Below, one piece after another: positions 54,002 through 63,319 of a stretch of DNA of 64,000 bases. Numbering within the stretch: the first letter of the stretch is position 1; each line of letters opens with the position of its first letter. The stretch covers positions 1-64,000 of IMG/VR virus record IMGVR_UViG_3300028048_000066; one strand, written 5' to 3'. A program made the position numbers and the translations under genes. Origin of the DNA: a virus (lineage: Duplodnaviria; Caudoviricetes). The notes beneath the pieces were generated by a model, which saw only the letters and a list, made by a program, of their open reading frames with translations, was not told where the DNA came from and searched no databases.

Positions 54002-55093
54002 ATGATATTAAAAGCAAAAGATTTTAAGAATGCCTGTAAGAGCATTTTAGATGCATTAGACACAACACTTAAAATAGAGATTAGTGAAAAACTTGAGTTG
54101 TTGTGTGGTGATAACAAGTTAGTATTAAATGTTACTAATGGAGATTACTTTGTAAGTGTGATTCTTGATGTAGAAGATGATGAAGAGTTCAAGGCAACCA
54201 TTGATGCAAAGAAGTTCTTATCGCTTATTTCAAAGATTACAACAAATGAATTAGAATTAGGTGTTGAAGGCAACGCACTTATAGTTAAAGCAAATGGTAC
54301 ATATAAGTTACCTATGAGTTGTTCTGATGGAAAACTCATTGGATTAAAACCGATTGTAATCAATAATATTACATCTGAGTTTAATATTGACAGTGACATC
54401 TTATTAAGTATATTTAACTATAACTCAAAGATGATGGATACAAAAGGTGCTTCATTAGATTCAAAGAAGAGAATGTGTTATATTGATGAACAAGGTGCGA
54501 TTACTTTCAATGTTGGTGCTTGTGTAAACAACTTCACATTAGAACAACCGGTGAAAATCTTAATCACTAACAAAGTTGTAAAGTTATTCAAACTATTCAA
54601 AGACAACTCAAGCGTACAGTTTAGTATTGGATTTGATGAAGTTAATGGTGAGGTTAAGTCAAAGGTTAAGTTTGATTCTGGTAATATTTGTATCACATCA
54701 ATTTTACCAAGTGATAATTTAAAGGCAGGTATTCCTGTTAAGGCAATTAGAAACCTTGTTGAAAACATTTATGCATACTCAATCAATATGGATAGAGTAG
54801 AACTATCACAAGCAATTGACAGACTATTATTACTTGCAGAAGACAAGAAAGATTATAAGTTTAATTTTGAATGTGATAAGTTAATAATCTCTGATTTGGA
54901 TTCTAACAGCAGTGAAGTAATATCTTATACAAATACTTCAATTGATACTCCATATGCTGCTACACTTGATTTAGAGGTCTTAAAAGCAACTTTAGATGGT
55001 TGTCAAGAACAATATCTTACAATGTATTTTGGTGATGGCAGAGCAGTTATAGTGTCACGAGGCAATGTAAAGAATATTATTCCAGAGGACTAA
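54002..55093 (+). CDS. dnaN: Sliding clamp (DNA Pol III beta-like)
   Basis: 363 aa with a three-domain beta-clamp pattern (LVLNVTN, IDAKKF..LI.K, EL.QAIDRL); clamp-loader genes nearby. Confidence 0.75.
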   Translation: MILKAKDFKNACKSILDALDTTLKIEISEKLELLCGDNKLVLNVTNGDYFVSVILDVEDDEEFKATIDAKKFLSLISKITTNELELGVEGNALIVKANGTYKLPMSCSDGKLIGLKPIVINNITSEFNIDSDILLSIFNYNSKMMDTKGASLDSKKRMCYIDEQGAITFNVGACVNNFTLEQPVKILITNKVVKLFKLFKDNSSVQFSIGFDEVNGEVKSKVKFDSGNICITSILPSDNLKAGIPVKAIRNLVENIYAYSINMDRVELSQAIDRLLLLAEDKKDYKFNFECDKLIISDLDSNSSEVISYTNTSIDTPYAATLDLEVLKATLDGCQEQYLTMYFGDGRAVIVSRGNVKNIIPED

Positions 55094-55094
55094 T

Positions 55095-55565
55095 ATGGCA
55101 GACAATAAAGGTAAAAAGTGGGAAGAAAAATTTAGGGAAGACTTTTTAAGGTCTATCCCTAATTCCACTATTGACAGACTATATGACACAACAAATGGGT
55201 ATTATGGTATAAAAAACATTTGTGATTTTATAGGTTATTCATACCCAAACATATACTATTTGGAGTGTAAAGAACACAAAGGTGCATCTTTTCCATTTGC
55301 TAACCTAACTCAATATGAAGACCTAGTTGAGAAGGTTGGAATTAAAGGTGTCAGAGTAGGTGTAGTCTTGTGGTTAAGTGAGAAAGATTTGGTTATGTAT
55401 GTTCCAATATCAACCATTACAAAGATTATGGAAAGTGGTGTGAAATCTGTCGGAATTAAGCAAATCAAAGATGGTTATAACATTAAGATTATACCAGCAA
55501 TAAAAAAGAGAGTATATATGGAGTGTGATTTCAGTTGTTTATTAGAACTGGAAGAAGGAGAATAA
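55095..55565 (+). CDS. recU: Holliday junction resolvase (RecU-like)
   Basis: N.GK.WE, CDFIG, LECK, FPF.NL.Q. Confidence 0.75.
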   Translation: MADNKGKKWEEKFREDFLRSIPNSTIDRLYDTTNGYYGIKNICDFIGYSYPNIYYLECKEHKGASFPFANLTQYEDLVEKVGIKGVRVGVVLWLSEKDLVMYVPISTITKIMESGVKSVGIKQIKDGYNIKIIPAIKKRVYMECDFSCLLELEEGE

Positions 55566-56144
55566 ATGAAAACTTTTTTAGAAAATGTTGATGAAATAAC
55601 ATTAAATCGTATTGTAAAAGATACAGAAGATAATGCTGAGTGTTTTAAGATAATGTATGAAGACCAAGTAAAAAAGTATAGTGAGGGTCTTGATAATTTG
55701 ATGAAAGACATTTATTTTGACTGTGTTCAAGTAGATAATCCATCAATGAGCATAATTCAAAAGTATTATCTTGAACTAACTAATATGATTTACTTTATGA
55801 TAGAGAAGATGGAGAAGTTAGGTATCTATTCGGACTTATCTTCAAGTGCAAGTAAGGAAGCATACTCAAATTCTTATCTTGCATATAGTGATGACAAAGA
55901 TGAGAAAGGTAAGACAAGATTAACAGTTGCAGAACTACAAGCAAAAGCAAGTAATGATGCACAATATCCAGAAGTTGTAAATGCAATATATGATAGAGCA
56001 TATAAGACATTGAAAGGCAAAGTTTCATCTGCACAAGATATGGCAGACACATTGAAGAGAATTTTATACACAATGACAACAGAAATGAGTTTATCTATGT
56101 CAAGTGCTAATTATCAAAACGAGTATTTTAAAGGAGATAGATAA
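55566..56144 (+). CDS. Recombination mediator-like coiled-coil protein (UvsY-like)
   Basis: Helical, TVAEL..A pattern; directly before recA. Confidence 0.45.
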   Translation: MKTFLENVDEITLNRIVKDTEDNAECFKIMYEDQVKKYSEGLDNLMKDIYFDCVQVDNPSMSIIQKYYLELTNMIYFMIEKMEKLGIYSDLSSSASKEAYSNSYLAYSDDKDEKGKTRLTVAELQAKASNDAQYPEVVNAIYDRAYKTLKGKVSSAQDMADTLKRILYTMTTEMSLSMSSANYQNEYFKGDR

Positions 56145-57316
56145 TGGGATTAAGTGATGTATTGAAGAAAATACAAAAAGATTATGGCGATTCAGTAGTT
56201 AAGTTTGGAGTAGATGAACTATCAGCAGATGGTATATTATCTTTAGGTAGTCCATCTTTTGACTATTGTGTTTATGGTGGTGTTCCAGAAGGTAGAATAG
56301 TTGAGTTTAGTGGTCCAGAAGGTAGTGGTAAAACCACATCTGCTTTTAGGGTTGCTGCATCTTATCAAAGAAAAGAGATTGAAAGAAATCCAGATAATCC
56401 AAGAGCAATTATCCTTTTAGACAACGAAGGAACAGCCGACCCTATTTGGGCAAAGACATTAGGTTATGATATGAGTGAAAAAGCAAAAGTTCAAACTGTT
56501 ATTATCAGACCAGAAGCACAAAGTGCAGAACAAATCTTTGATATGGCAATAGATATGTTAAAGACAGGTGAAGTTGGTTTGCTTATCTTTGACAGTATTG
56601 CAACATTAGTTCCACAACAAATCATTGATGAATCACAAGAGAAAAAACAAATGGGTGGTATTTCAAATTCATTAACAAGATTTGCAAATACTGCTGTAGG
56701 TCTTTTAAGAAAGTATAAAGCAACACTTATTGGAATTAACCAAGTAAGAGAAAATCTTAGTGGTTATGGTGATTTTTTACAAACACCTGGTGGTCGTGCT
56801 TGGAAGCATCAATGCTCTATGAGGTTGATGTTCAAGAGAGGTGATTTCTTTGATGAGGAAGGAAATAAACTCACAACAAAAGCAGAAAGTCCAGCAGGAC
56901 ATACTATTGAAGTTGCAGTATTAAAGACAAAGGTTTGCAGATGGGATAGAAAGGTTGGCACAATGTCTTTGAACTATACAAAGGGTGTAGACATTGTTGC
57001 AGACACAGTTTTAGTTGCTATCCATCTTGGTTTGATTGACAATTCAGTCCAAGGATTCTTCAAACTTCTTGACCCTGATACTAAAGAGGTCTTAATTGGT
57101 GATGATGGTAAAGAAATTAAGATTCGTGGTAAAAAGAATATCTCAACATACTTCAATGACCATCCAGATGTATTTAAGAGATTATACAACAAAGTATATG
57201 AGTTATTAGAGCAAAGAGAAAGTTCAAACTTTGATACATTTGCTAGACTTGTATATGGTGATGAAGAAGATATGAGAGAGAAGTTTAATCTTACAGATAA
57301 AGACTTTGAAGACTAA
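56144..57316 (+). CDS. recA: RecA recombinase
   Basis: GGVPEGRIVE.SGPEGSGKTT, DSIATL, INQVR, TPGGRAWKH. Confidence 0.95.
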   Translation: MGLSDVLKKIQKDYGDSVVKFGVDELSADGILSLGSPSFDYCVYGGVPEGRIVEFSGPEGSGKTTSAFRVAASYQRKEIERNPDNPRAIILLDNEGTADPIWAKTLGYDMSEKAKVQTVIIRPEAQSAEQIFDMAIDMLKTGEVGLLIFDSIATLVPQQIIDESQEKKQMGGISNSLTRFANTAVGLLRKYKATLIGINQVRENLSGYGDFLQTPGGRAWKHQCSMRLMFKRGDFFDEEGNKLTTKAESPAGHTIEVAVLKTKVCRWDRKVGTMSLNYTKGVDIVADTVLVAIHLGLIDNSVQGFFKLLDPDTKEVLIGDDGKEIKIRGKKNISTYFNDHPDVFKRLYNKVYELLEQRESSNFDTFARLVYGDEEDMREKFNLTDKDFED

Positions 57317-57456
57317 TGATTATACTATTAAGTAATGCAGCACAAGTATATGAAACAGTTAAACTCAACAATAGTGCATTCCTTTCAATAGCAATATTTT
57401 TAGGATTAGCATTTATTGTTGGTTTAATTATAACAATATTTAGGAGTGGGAAATGA
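57316..57456 (+). CDS. Small membrane protein (46 aa, not in the ORF track)
   Basis: MIILLSNAAQVYETVKLNNSAFLSIAIFLGLAFIVGLIITIFRSGK; start overlaps the recA stop and stop overlaps the next start. Confidence 0.7.
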   Translation: MIILLSNAAQVYETVKLNNSAFLSIAIFLGLAFIVGLIITIFRSGK

Positions 57457-57662
57457 AACAATATAGTAGTTTAACATTTAATAACATAGCAGAGTTTTTA
57501 CCTTTCATAGAAGTTGTTTGGAATGGTAAGGTTGTTTATAGAGATGGAAGCACTAAGGAACTAGATGAATTTTATTATGAATATGGTGATAGAATAGTTT
57601 ATGAGATAAGTATGAGAGTTGTTGATGTTCATCATCTTATAATATATGTAACTGGAGAATAA
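57453..57662 (+). CDS. Hypothetical protein
   Basis: AGGAG RBS. Confidence 0.7.
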   Translation: MKQYSSLTFNNIAEFLPFIEVVWNGKVVYRDGSTKELDEFYYEYGDRIVYEISMRVVDVHHLIIYVTGE

Positions 57663-57664
57663 GT

Positions 57665-58276
57665 ATGGATAAAGAATTCAAGAGAAAAATAGGAAGAGTA
57701 AAGATAAAAAACTTCTTTAAGTATACATTAGCAAAACCATTTATATGTTTATTTAATGTTTTTTATTTTATGCGTTATCCTTTCTTACAACCAAGAAATG
57801 TGTGGACAGGGAAGAAATATTGGGATTTCAATGAATTCTGTTGTTTGCCAAGAGGTTGGAAAAAAGCATTTGGAAGACAATTAAGAAATGATTTAAGAAA
57901 AGCATTGATTAAGGATGGAATATTAAAGACTTTTTACTTTACTCAGATTAAAGAAAAATATGGTGAATTATGCTTATATAATAATGGTACAGGTGAAGCA
58001 ACAGAATATGTAATTAGACACTATGAAGAATTATCCAAGTGTTATTGTATCAAATGTGGTAAACCAGTAAGGTATATGACAACAGGATGGATTATGTATC
58101 TTTGTGAAGATTGTTTTGATGAGGTTAGTAATAAAGATAGAGATAACTATGAAGAATATAAACTTTCTCATAGATTAACAAAAGATGATATATCACATTG
58201 GGTTAGAAATGAAAATGGAGTATCAACTCAATTAGATTATGGTGTAGATTTTGAAGAATTGTGGGGATTAAAATAA
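57665..58276 (+). CDS. Hypothetical zinc-finger protein (QIKEKYG.L family)
   Basis: P.GW, QIKEKYGEL, CIKCG..LCEDC. Confidence 0.7.
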   Translation: MDKEFKRKIGRVKIKNFFKYTLAKPFICLFNVFYFMRYPFLQPRNVWTGKKYWDFNEFCCLPRGWKKAFGRQLRNDLRKALIKDGILKTFYFTQIKEKYGELCLYNNGTGEATEYVIRHYEELSKCYCIKCGKPVRYMTTGWIMYLCEDCFDEVSNKDRDNYEEYKLSHRLTKDDISHWVRNENGVSTQLDYGVDFEELWGLK

Positions 58277-58611
58277 TGGAAAGCACAAGATATTATAGTG
58301 ATAGACAAGAAAAACAAGTGTGTAAAGATTTAGGTGCAAGACAACAACCGTCATCAGGAAGTGGAAAGTTTAGAAAAGGTGATGTTCTTGTAGAAGGGTG
58401 TTGTTTAGTAGAGTGTAAGACTTGTGAAGCACCAAAGGAGTCATTTTCTATCAAAAAATCTTGGATAGCAAAGAATAAAGAAGAATGTTTGACTCAAAGA
58501 GTATCAAATGGTGTTATAGCATTCAACTTTGGACCAGACCAAGAGAATTATTATGTAATAGACACAAAATTGATGAAGTTTTTACTAGAAAAATTGCAAG
58601 AAGAAGACTAA
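58276..58611 (+). CDS. PD-(D/E)XK nuclease / Holliday-junction-resolvase-like protein
   Basis: QEK.V..SGSG..KGDV..VECK. Confidence 0.7.
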   Translation: MESTRYYSDRQEKQVCKDLGARQQPSSGSGKFRKGDVLVEGCCLVECKTCEAPKESFSIKKSWIAKNKEECLTQRVSNGVIAFNFGPDQENYYVIDTKLMKFLLEKLQEED

Positions 58612-58616
58612 AAAAC

Positions 58617-58646
58617 AAAGACCAAGAAAAAATCTTGGTTTTTTTG
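58617..58646 (+). terminator. Rho-independent terminator
   Basis: ACCAAGA-AAAAA-TCTTGGT followed by a T tract. Confidence 0.85.
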
Positions 58647-58656
58647 TATTTTTTAC

Positions 58657-58685
58657 TTGACTTTTGTCTTTGAAAGTCGTATAAT
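58657..58685 (+). promoter_or_regulatory. Strong sigmaA (early) promoter
   Basis: TTGACT-17-TATAAT; 27/29 identical to 46075-46103. Confidence 0.85.
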
Positions 58686-58715
58686 GTAGTCAGATAAAAC
58701 ATTTAGAGGTGAAAT

Positions 58716-59738
58716 ATGACATCACAAGAACTTAAAACAAAATTGGATGCAGCAAATGAGAAAGTAGAGAAGAGAAAGAACACAATTATCAAGATTTGTA
58801 ATAAACTTGGTATTGATGTTGATAAATTTTTCAATGGTTATTACGAAGTTTCAAGTAATTTCACAAACTATTTTCCATCAAGAGAAAGTAAAGAATATGT
58901 TACTTCAATCGCAAACTATAAAGAAACTCACGATGAGTATGGTCGTTGGAATGCAGATACAGCAACAGAAAAGTTCAATGACAATCTTTCTCAACTCATT
59001 GATAATCTTCCAAAGTTGTTTGAGGTTGAACAAGTTGCAAAGAATTGGCAAGAGAAATATGACATCCAAAAGAACAAAGAGAATGCACCAAAGATTGAAG
59101 TAATTTGGGAATTCTTGAACAATTGGGAAATCAAAGCAAGAGAATGGTACAAAGAAAATGCACAATATCTCGTAGACCAAATGAATGAGTTCCATACAAT
59201 TGCTAATGACTATCTTATTGAAATTGGTTATGACATCTCTAAATATTATAATCAAGAAGAAAGAAAAGAAATTGTAAATCAATTTAATGATTACTTCTAT
59301 GAAGAATATAGAATCTATCCAAGATATAGATGGAGTGAGGTAGATGAACAAGATTGGATTAGAAAGACAAACATTGACAACTTCACAAAAGAATTGTCAA
59401 GCGTAAGATTCAATCAAAGAGATAACTATTCTTATGACCAAGTATTTGGACACTCTGCACACAAAGGTGAGTTCTATCTTTACAAATTTGATGAAGAGAA
59501 ATTAAATAAGGTTTTGGCACAAGAAAAGTTAGCAAAGTATTATGACCTTTGTAATAGAATTAGTGCAGTTGTTGGTGAAATTCAAGATGCAAGTAATTTG
59601 AGTATTGGAAGACAACACGGCGAAATCAATGGTATTGTTGTTGGTTCAAAAGGAATGGCAAGAGTTGAAACAATTAGTGCAGGCGGATACAACATTCAAT
59701 GCTTCCATTATAGAGTTCTTGTTCATAAAGTAAAATAG
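58716..59738 (+). CDS. Hypothetical early protein (C-terminal AGGYNIQCFHYR motif)
   Basis: GAGGTG RBS; has its own promoter. Confidence 0.8.
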   Translation: MTSQELKTKLDAANEKVEKRKNTIIKICNKLGIDVDKFFNGYYEVSSNFTNYFPSRESKEYVTSIANYKETHDEYGRWNADTATEKFNDNLSQLIDNLPKLFEVEQVAKNWQEKYDIQKNKENAPKIEVIWEFLNNWEIKAREWYKENAQYLVDQMNEFHTIANDYLIEIGYDISKYYNQEERKEIVNQFNDYFYEEYRIYPRYRWSEVDEQDWIRKTNIDNFTKELSSVRFNQRDNYSYDQVFGHSAHKGEFYLYKFDEEKLNKVLAQEKLAKYYDLCNRISAVVGEIQDASNLSIGRQHGEINGIVVGSKGMARVETISAGGYNIQCFHYRVLVHKVK

Positions 59739-59741
59739 TTG

Positions 59742-59810
59742 TTGACAAAGCAATTAAAAAGTAGTATAATATAGACAAGCAGTGAAAAACTAAAAAAATT
59801 GTGGTATAAT
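59742..59810 (+). promoter_or_regulatory. Two tandem sigmaA promoters
   Basis: TTGACA-17-TATAAT (59742-59770) and TGTGGTATAAT (59800-59810). Confidence 0.8.
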
Positions 59811-59824
59811 ATATAGAGGTAAAT

Positions 59825-60184
59825 ATGAACAAAGAAAATATTAAGAAGTATTTTGAATTACAAGCACAAGCAGATGCTATCAAAGAAGAGATGGCACAAC
59901 TCAAAGAATCTATCGTAAATGATATGGATTCAGAAGGTGTTTCTACATATGAAGTAGATGGCATCAAAGCACAAATTGTCTCAAAAGATACATTCAAGTG
60001 TGATGATGAACTTGGTATGATTACTTATTTGAAGAATAATGGATTTGATAAGTTTGTTGTTGAAAAGATTGATACAACATCCTTAAACAAAGAACTCAAA
60101 AAAGGTCTTTCATTAAGCGAATCATTAAGTGGAATGTATACAAAGACAACAGCACCTTCATTGACAATTAAGAAGGTACTATAA
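59825..60184 (+). CDS. Hypothetical coiled-coil protein
   Basis: GAGGT RBS. Confidence 0.75.
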   Translation: MNKENIKKYFELQAQADAIKEEMAQLKESIVNDMDSEGVSTYEVDGIKAQIVSKDTFKCDDELGMITYLKNNGFDKFVVEKIDTTSLNKELKKGLSLSESLSGMYTKTTAPSLTIKKVL

Positions 60185-60194
60185 GGAGATTTAT

Positions 60195-60884
60195 ATGTTA
60201 CAAGAAGAAGAGATTCAATTTTACAGAGAGAAATTCATTGACATCTTAAACAGCATTGAGATTGAGTTTGACAAAGAGGGTCTTATTGCATATTTAGATG
60301 AAAAGGGATTCTTTACTGCACCTGCAACAGCAACACACTCATATGCTTATGATGGTGGTTTATGTCAACATTCAATAGATGTATATGAATCACTTTCTAC
60401 ATTGTGTTTATTGGATGCAGATGGCGACTTAGACCCTAACTCAATTAAGATTGTTGGTTTGTTCCACGACCTTTATAAGATGAACTACTATGAGAAGTAT
60501 ACACAAAACAAGAAAGTATACTTTGAACAGGGCACAAAAAGAGATAATTTAGGTAAGTTTGATTGGATAGCAAGTGAGGCATTTAAAGTTAAGGATGCAG
60601 CAGATAGAATAGTTTATGGTGATGGTGCATTCACTTCATATATGCTTTTGAGTAAATTCATTCCACTTACAGATTATGAATCAGTTGCAATAGTAAACCA
60701 TAATTGTGGTATGGATAATGGATACTCAAACAAGGATTTGGGTAGCATTCTATCCTCAAATAAACTTGCTATTTATCTCCATTGTGCTGATATGATTTGT
60801 ACATATAACAAACCTTTACAAGAGTATAGAACTGAATGTGTAGAGGAAGAAGATGAACAAGATAGTGGAACAACAACTGAATAA
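60195..60884 (+). CDS. HD-domain phosphohydrolase
   Basis: FFTAPA..H..GGL.QHS, FHDLYK, H..M, LHCAD. Confidence 0.85.
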   Translation: MLQEEEIQFYREKFIDILNSIEIEFDKEGLIAYLDEKGFFTAPATATHSYAYDGGLCQHSIDVYESLSTLCLLDADGDLDPNSIKIVGLFHDLYKMNYYEKYTQNKKVYFEQGTKRDNLGKFDWIASEAFKVKDAADRIVYGDGAFTSYMLLSKFIPLTDYESVAIVNHNCGMDNGYSNKDLGSILSSNKLAIYLHCADMICTYNKPLQEYRTECVEEEDEQDSGTTTE

Positions 60885-61218
60885 TGTTAAGATAGCAGAC
60901 CTCACAAACTATAATCCAGACACCAATACATATTACATACCTAGATATAACGAAACAAAGTTAGAAGTAGATTCTTGTTATATTATTTGTTTAGATGATG
61001 TTCTACTCAAGTATGATGAGGATTCTACTTTAATATCTAACTGGAACAGAGGAACATACCCAAAGTCAAAGTATATGAAAGTAGATATTAGCAAAAAGGT
61101 AGGAGATATGGTGTTGGTTAATGGGTTAGGTTATGACTATAATACAAAACAAGATACAAATGTTTTGTGGAATGGTTGGTTACCTATCAAGAAAATAAAA
61201 GTAATGGAGAAATTATAA
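60853..61218 (+). CDS. Hypothetical protein
   Basis: GAGG RBS; tightly packed in the operon. Confidence 0.7.
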   Translation: MNKIVEQQLNNVKIADLTNYNPDTNTYYIPRYNETKLEVDSCYIICLDDVLLKYDEDSTLISNWNRGTYPKSKYMKVDISKKVGDMVLVNGLGYDYNTKQDTNVLWNGWLPIKKIKVMEKL

Positions 61219-62228
61219 TGTCACTAGCAACAAAATACAGACCACAGAGATTTGAAGATGTTATAGGACAGGGTTCAACTATAAAGATATTGAAAAGACA
61301 ACTTGAACTTGGACAGTTCAAGAATTGCTATTTATTTACAGGTCCTTCTGGAACTGGTAAAACAACATTGGCAAGAATATTTGCTTATGAGATAAACAAT
61401 GGTTATGGAGAACCTATTGAAATTGATGGTGCATCTAATAATGGTGTAGATAATGTTAGAGCAATTATAGACAGTGCAAAGTATAGAAGTTTAGATGGTA
61501 AATATAAAATCTTTATCATTGATGAAGCACATATGATTACTATACAAGGATGGAATGCTTTTTTGAAGTGTTTAGAAGAACCACCTGTATATACTATTTT
61601 CATATTTTGTACAACAGACCCACAGAAGATTCCAGCAACTATTGCAAATCGTGTTATGAGATTCAATCTTAATAGAATTGGTGCAGATGATATATGTGCT
61701 AGACTTCGTGAAATCTGTTCTAACGAAAGTTATACTAATTTTGAAGAAAGTTGCGATTATATTGCTAAAATCGCTTGTGGTGGAGCAAGAGATGCGATAG
61801 CACTATTAGAAAAGTGTGCTGACTATTCAAACGACTTATCAATAGGCAATGTGTTAGATGCTATTGGTAATTTTTCACAGGAGATATATTTTGACTTAAC
61901 TAATGCTGTGTTAGATAAGGATGAAGGATTAGTAATAAAGATTGTAGAGTATTGCTACAATCAGGGGAATGATTTGAAGTTGTTTGTTAATCAGTATGTA
62001 GACTTTATGCTTGACTTAACAAAGTATTCAATATTCCAAGATGCAAATATGACAAAAGTTCCAAAGTACTTATTAACTGATTTAACAGGAACAACAGCAA
62101 AAGCAACAACAGAAACACTGAATGTGTTGTGTGACAGAGTGTTAGAATTATCAAATAAACTTAAAGTTGATACAATGCCAAAGACAACAATTGAAGTAGA
62201 GTTAATAAATGTATTAAGAAGTTTATGA
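61218..62228 (+). CDS. dnaX: Clamp loader ATPase, DNA Pol III gamma-like
   Basis: LATKYRP..F.DV.GQ, GPSGTGKTT, IIDEAHM, FLKCLEEPP, G.ARDA. Confidence 0.92.
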   Translation: MSLATKYRPQRFEDVIGQGSTIKILKRQLELGQFKNCYLFTGPSGTGKTTLARIFAYEINNGYGEPIEIDGASNNGVDNVRAIIDSAKYRSLDGKYKIFIIDEAHMITIQGWNAFLKCLEEPPVYTIFIFCTTDPQKIPATIANRVMRFNLNRIGADDICARLREICSNESYTNFEESCDYIAKIACGGARDAIALLEKCADYSNDLSIGNVLDAIGNFSQEIYFDLTNAVLDKDEGLVIKIVEYCYNQGNDLKLFVNQYVDFMLDLTKYSIFQDANMTKVPKYLLTDLTGTTAKATTETLNVLCDRVLELSNKLKVDTMPKTTIEVELINVLRSL

Positions 62229-63025
62229 TAGGACAAGAAAGAATACTAAACAAACTAAAATCATTTACATTACAAACATTACCACATACAATTCTTTTTG
62301 TAGGAAAAAGAGGGTGTGGTAAACATACTATTGTAAAAGAACTTGCTTCTAACTTTGGTATAGATGTTGTAGATATTAGTGAAGATATAAACAACGACTT
62401 TCTAGTGGAAATCTATATGAGGTCGTTGCAGGTTTTCTATTTGATTGATATTGATAAGATTACAGAGAGAAATCAGAACACTTTATTGAAGATTTTAGAA
62501 GAACCACCTACAAGTGCTTATATGGTATTGATTAGTTCAAGCAAGAAGTTGTTATTAGACACGGTTTTGAATAGGTGTATGATATATGAGTTTGAGGATT
62601 ATACCAAAGAGCAACTAAAAGAGTTTGTAAGAGAAGATGTATATGGAGATAAAGCATTAGAGGTATGTACTACTCCAGGACAACTTCTAACATTAAACTA
62701 TAAGACATTAGATGATATTGAAGAGTCTATAAACAAGTTGTTAGAAAAACTCAATGTTGTATTATTACCTAGTTTACTCAATTTAGTTGATAGAGTAAAT
62801 TTTGGAGATGAATACGATAAGTATGATTTAGATGTGTTCTTAACTGTGCTTGAAAAGAGGATATATAGGTTAATTTTAGAGCAGAACAAGACAATAAACT
62901 ACTTTAAGATTTACAACATATTGTGCAAATACAAAACCCTATTTGAAGATAGTAGACTTAAAAAGAATCTATTGTTTGAGAATATGTTAATAGAAATGTG
63001 GCAGGAGTCACGAAAGGAGAAATAA
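62225..63025 (+). CDS. holB: Clamp loader delta-prime-like subunit
   Basis: MIGQ, GKRGCGK, QNTLLKILEEPP, TVLNRC. Confidence 0.8.
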   Translation: MIGQERILNKLKSFTLQTLPHTILFVGKRGCGKHTIVKELASNFGIDVVDISEDINNDFLVEIYMRSLQVFYLIDIDKITERNQNTLLKILEEPPTSAYMVLISSSKKLLLDTVLNRCMIYEFEDYTKEQLKEFVREDVYGDKALEVCTTPGQLLTLNYKTLDDIEESINKLLEKLNVVLLPSLLNLVDRVNFGDEYDKYDLDVFLTVLEKRIYRLILEQNKTINYFKIYNILCKYKTLFEDSRLKKNLLFENMLIEMWQESRKEK

Positions 63026-63026
63026 A

Positions 63027-63308
63027 ATGAAAGACAAGACACAACTATTCAAGAAAATTACAGAGTCAATGGCAAATCTATATGCACAGAAAAACACTGC
63101 ATATGGGGATAGTTTTGGAATAAGTGTGGAAAAGTATGGATTGATTTCAGCATTAACAAGAATTAGTGATAAATTTAACAGACTTGAAAACCTAATCTTA
63201 CATCCAGATGTAGACCAAGATGATGAGAGAGTTACAGATACATTATTAGATTTGGCATCTTATGCCATTATGACTTATATTGAAATCACTACAAAGGATG
63301 AAAAATAA
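63027..63308 (+). CDS. DUF1599 / nucleotide-modification-associated (MazG-like fold) protein
   Basis: KN..YGDSF, RISDK..RL, DTLLDLASYAIM. Confidence 0.75.
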   Translation: MKDKTQLFKKITESMANLYAQKNTAYGDSFGISVEKYGLISALTRISDKFNRLENLILHPDVDQDDERVTDTLLDLASYAIMTYIEITTKDEK

Positions 63309-63319
63309 AAACATATAGT

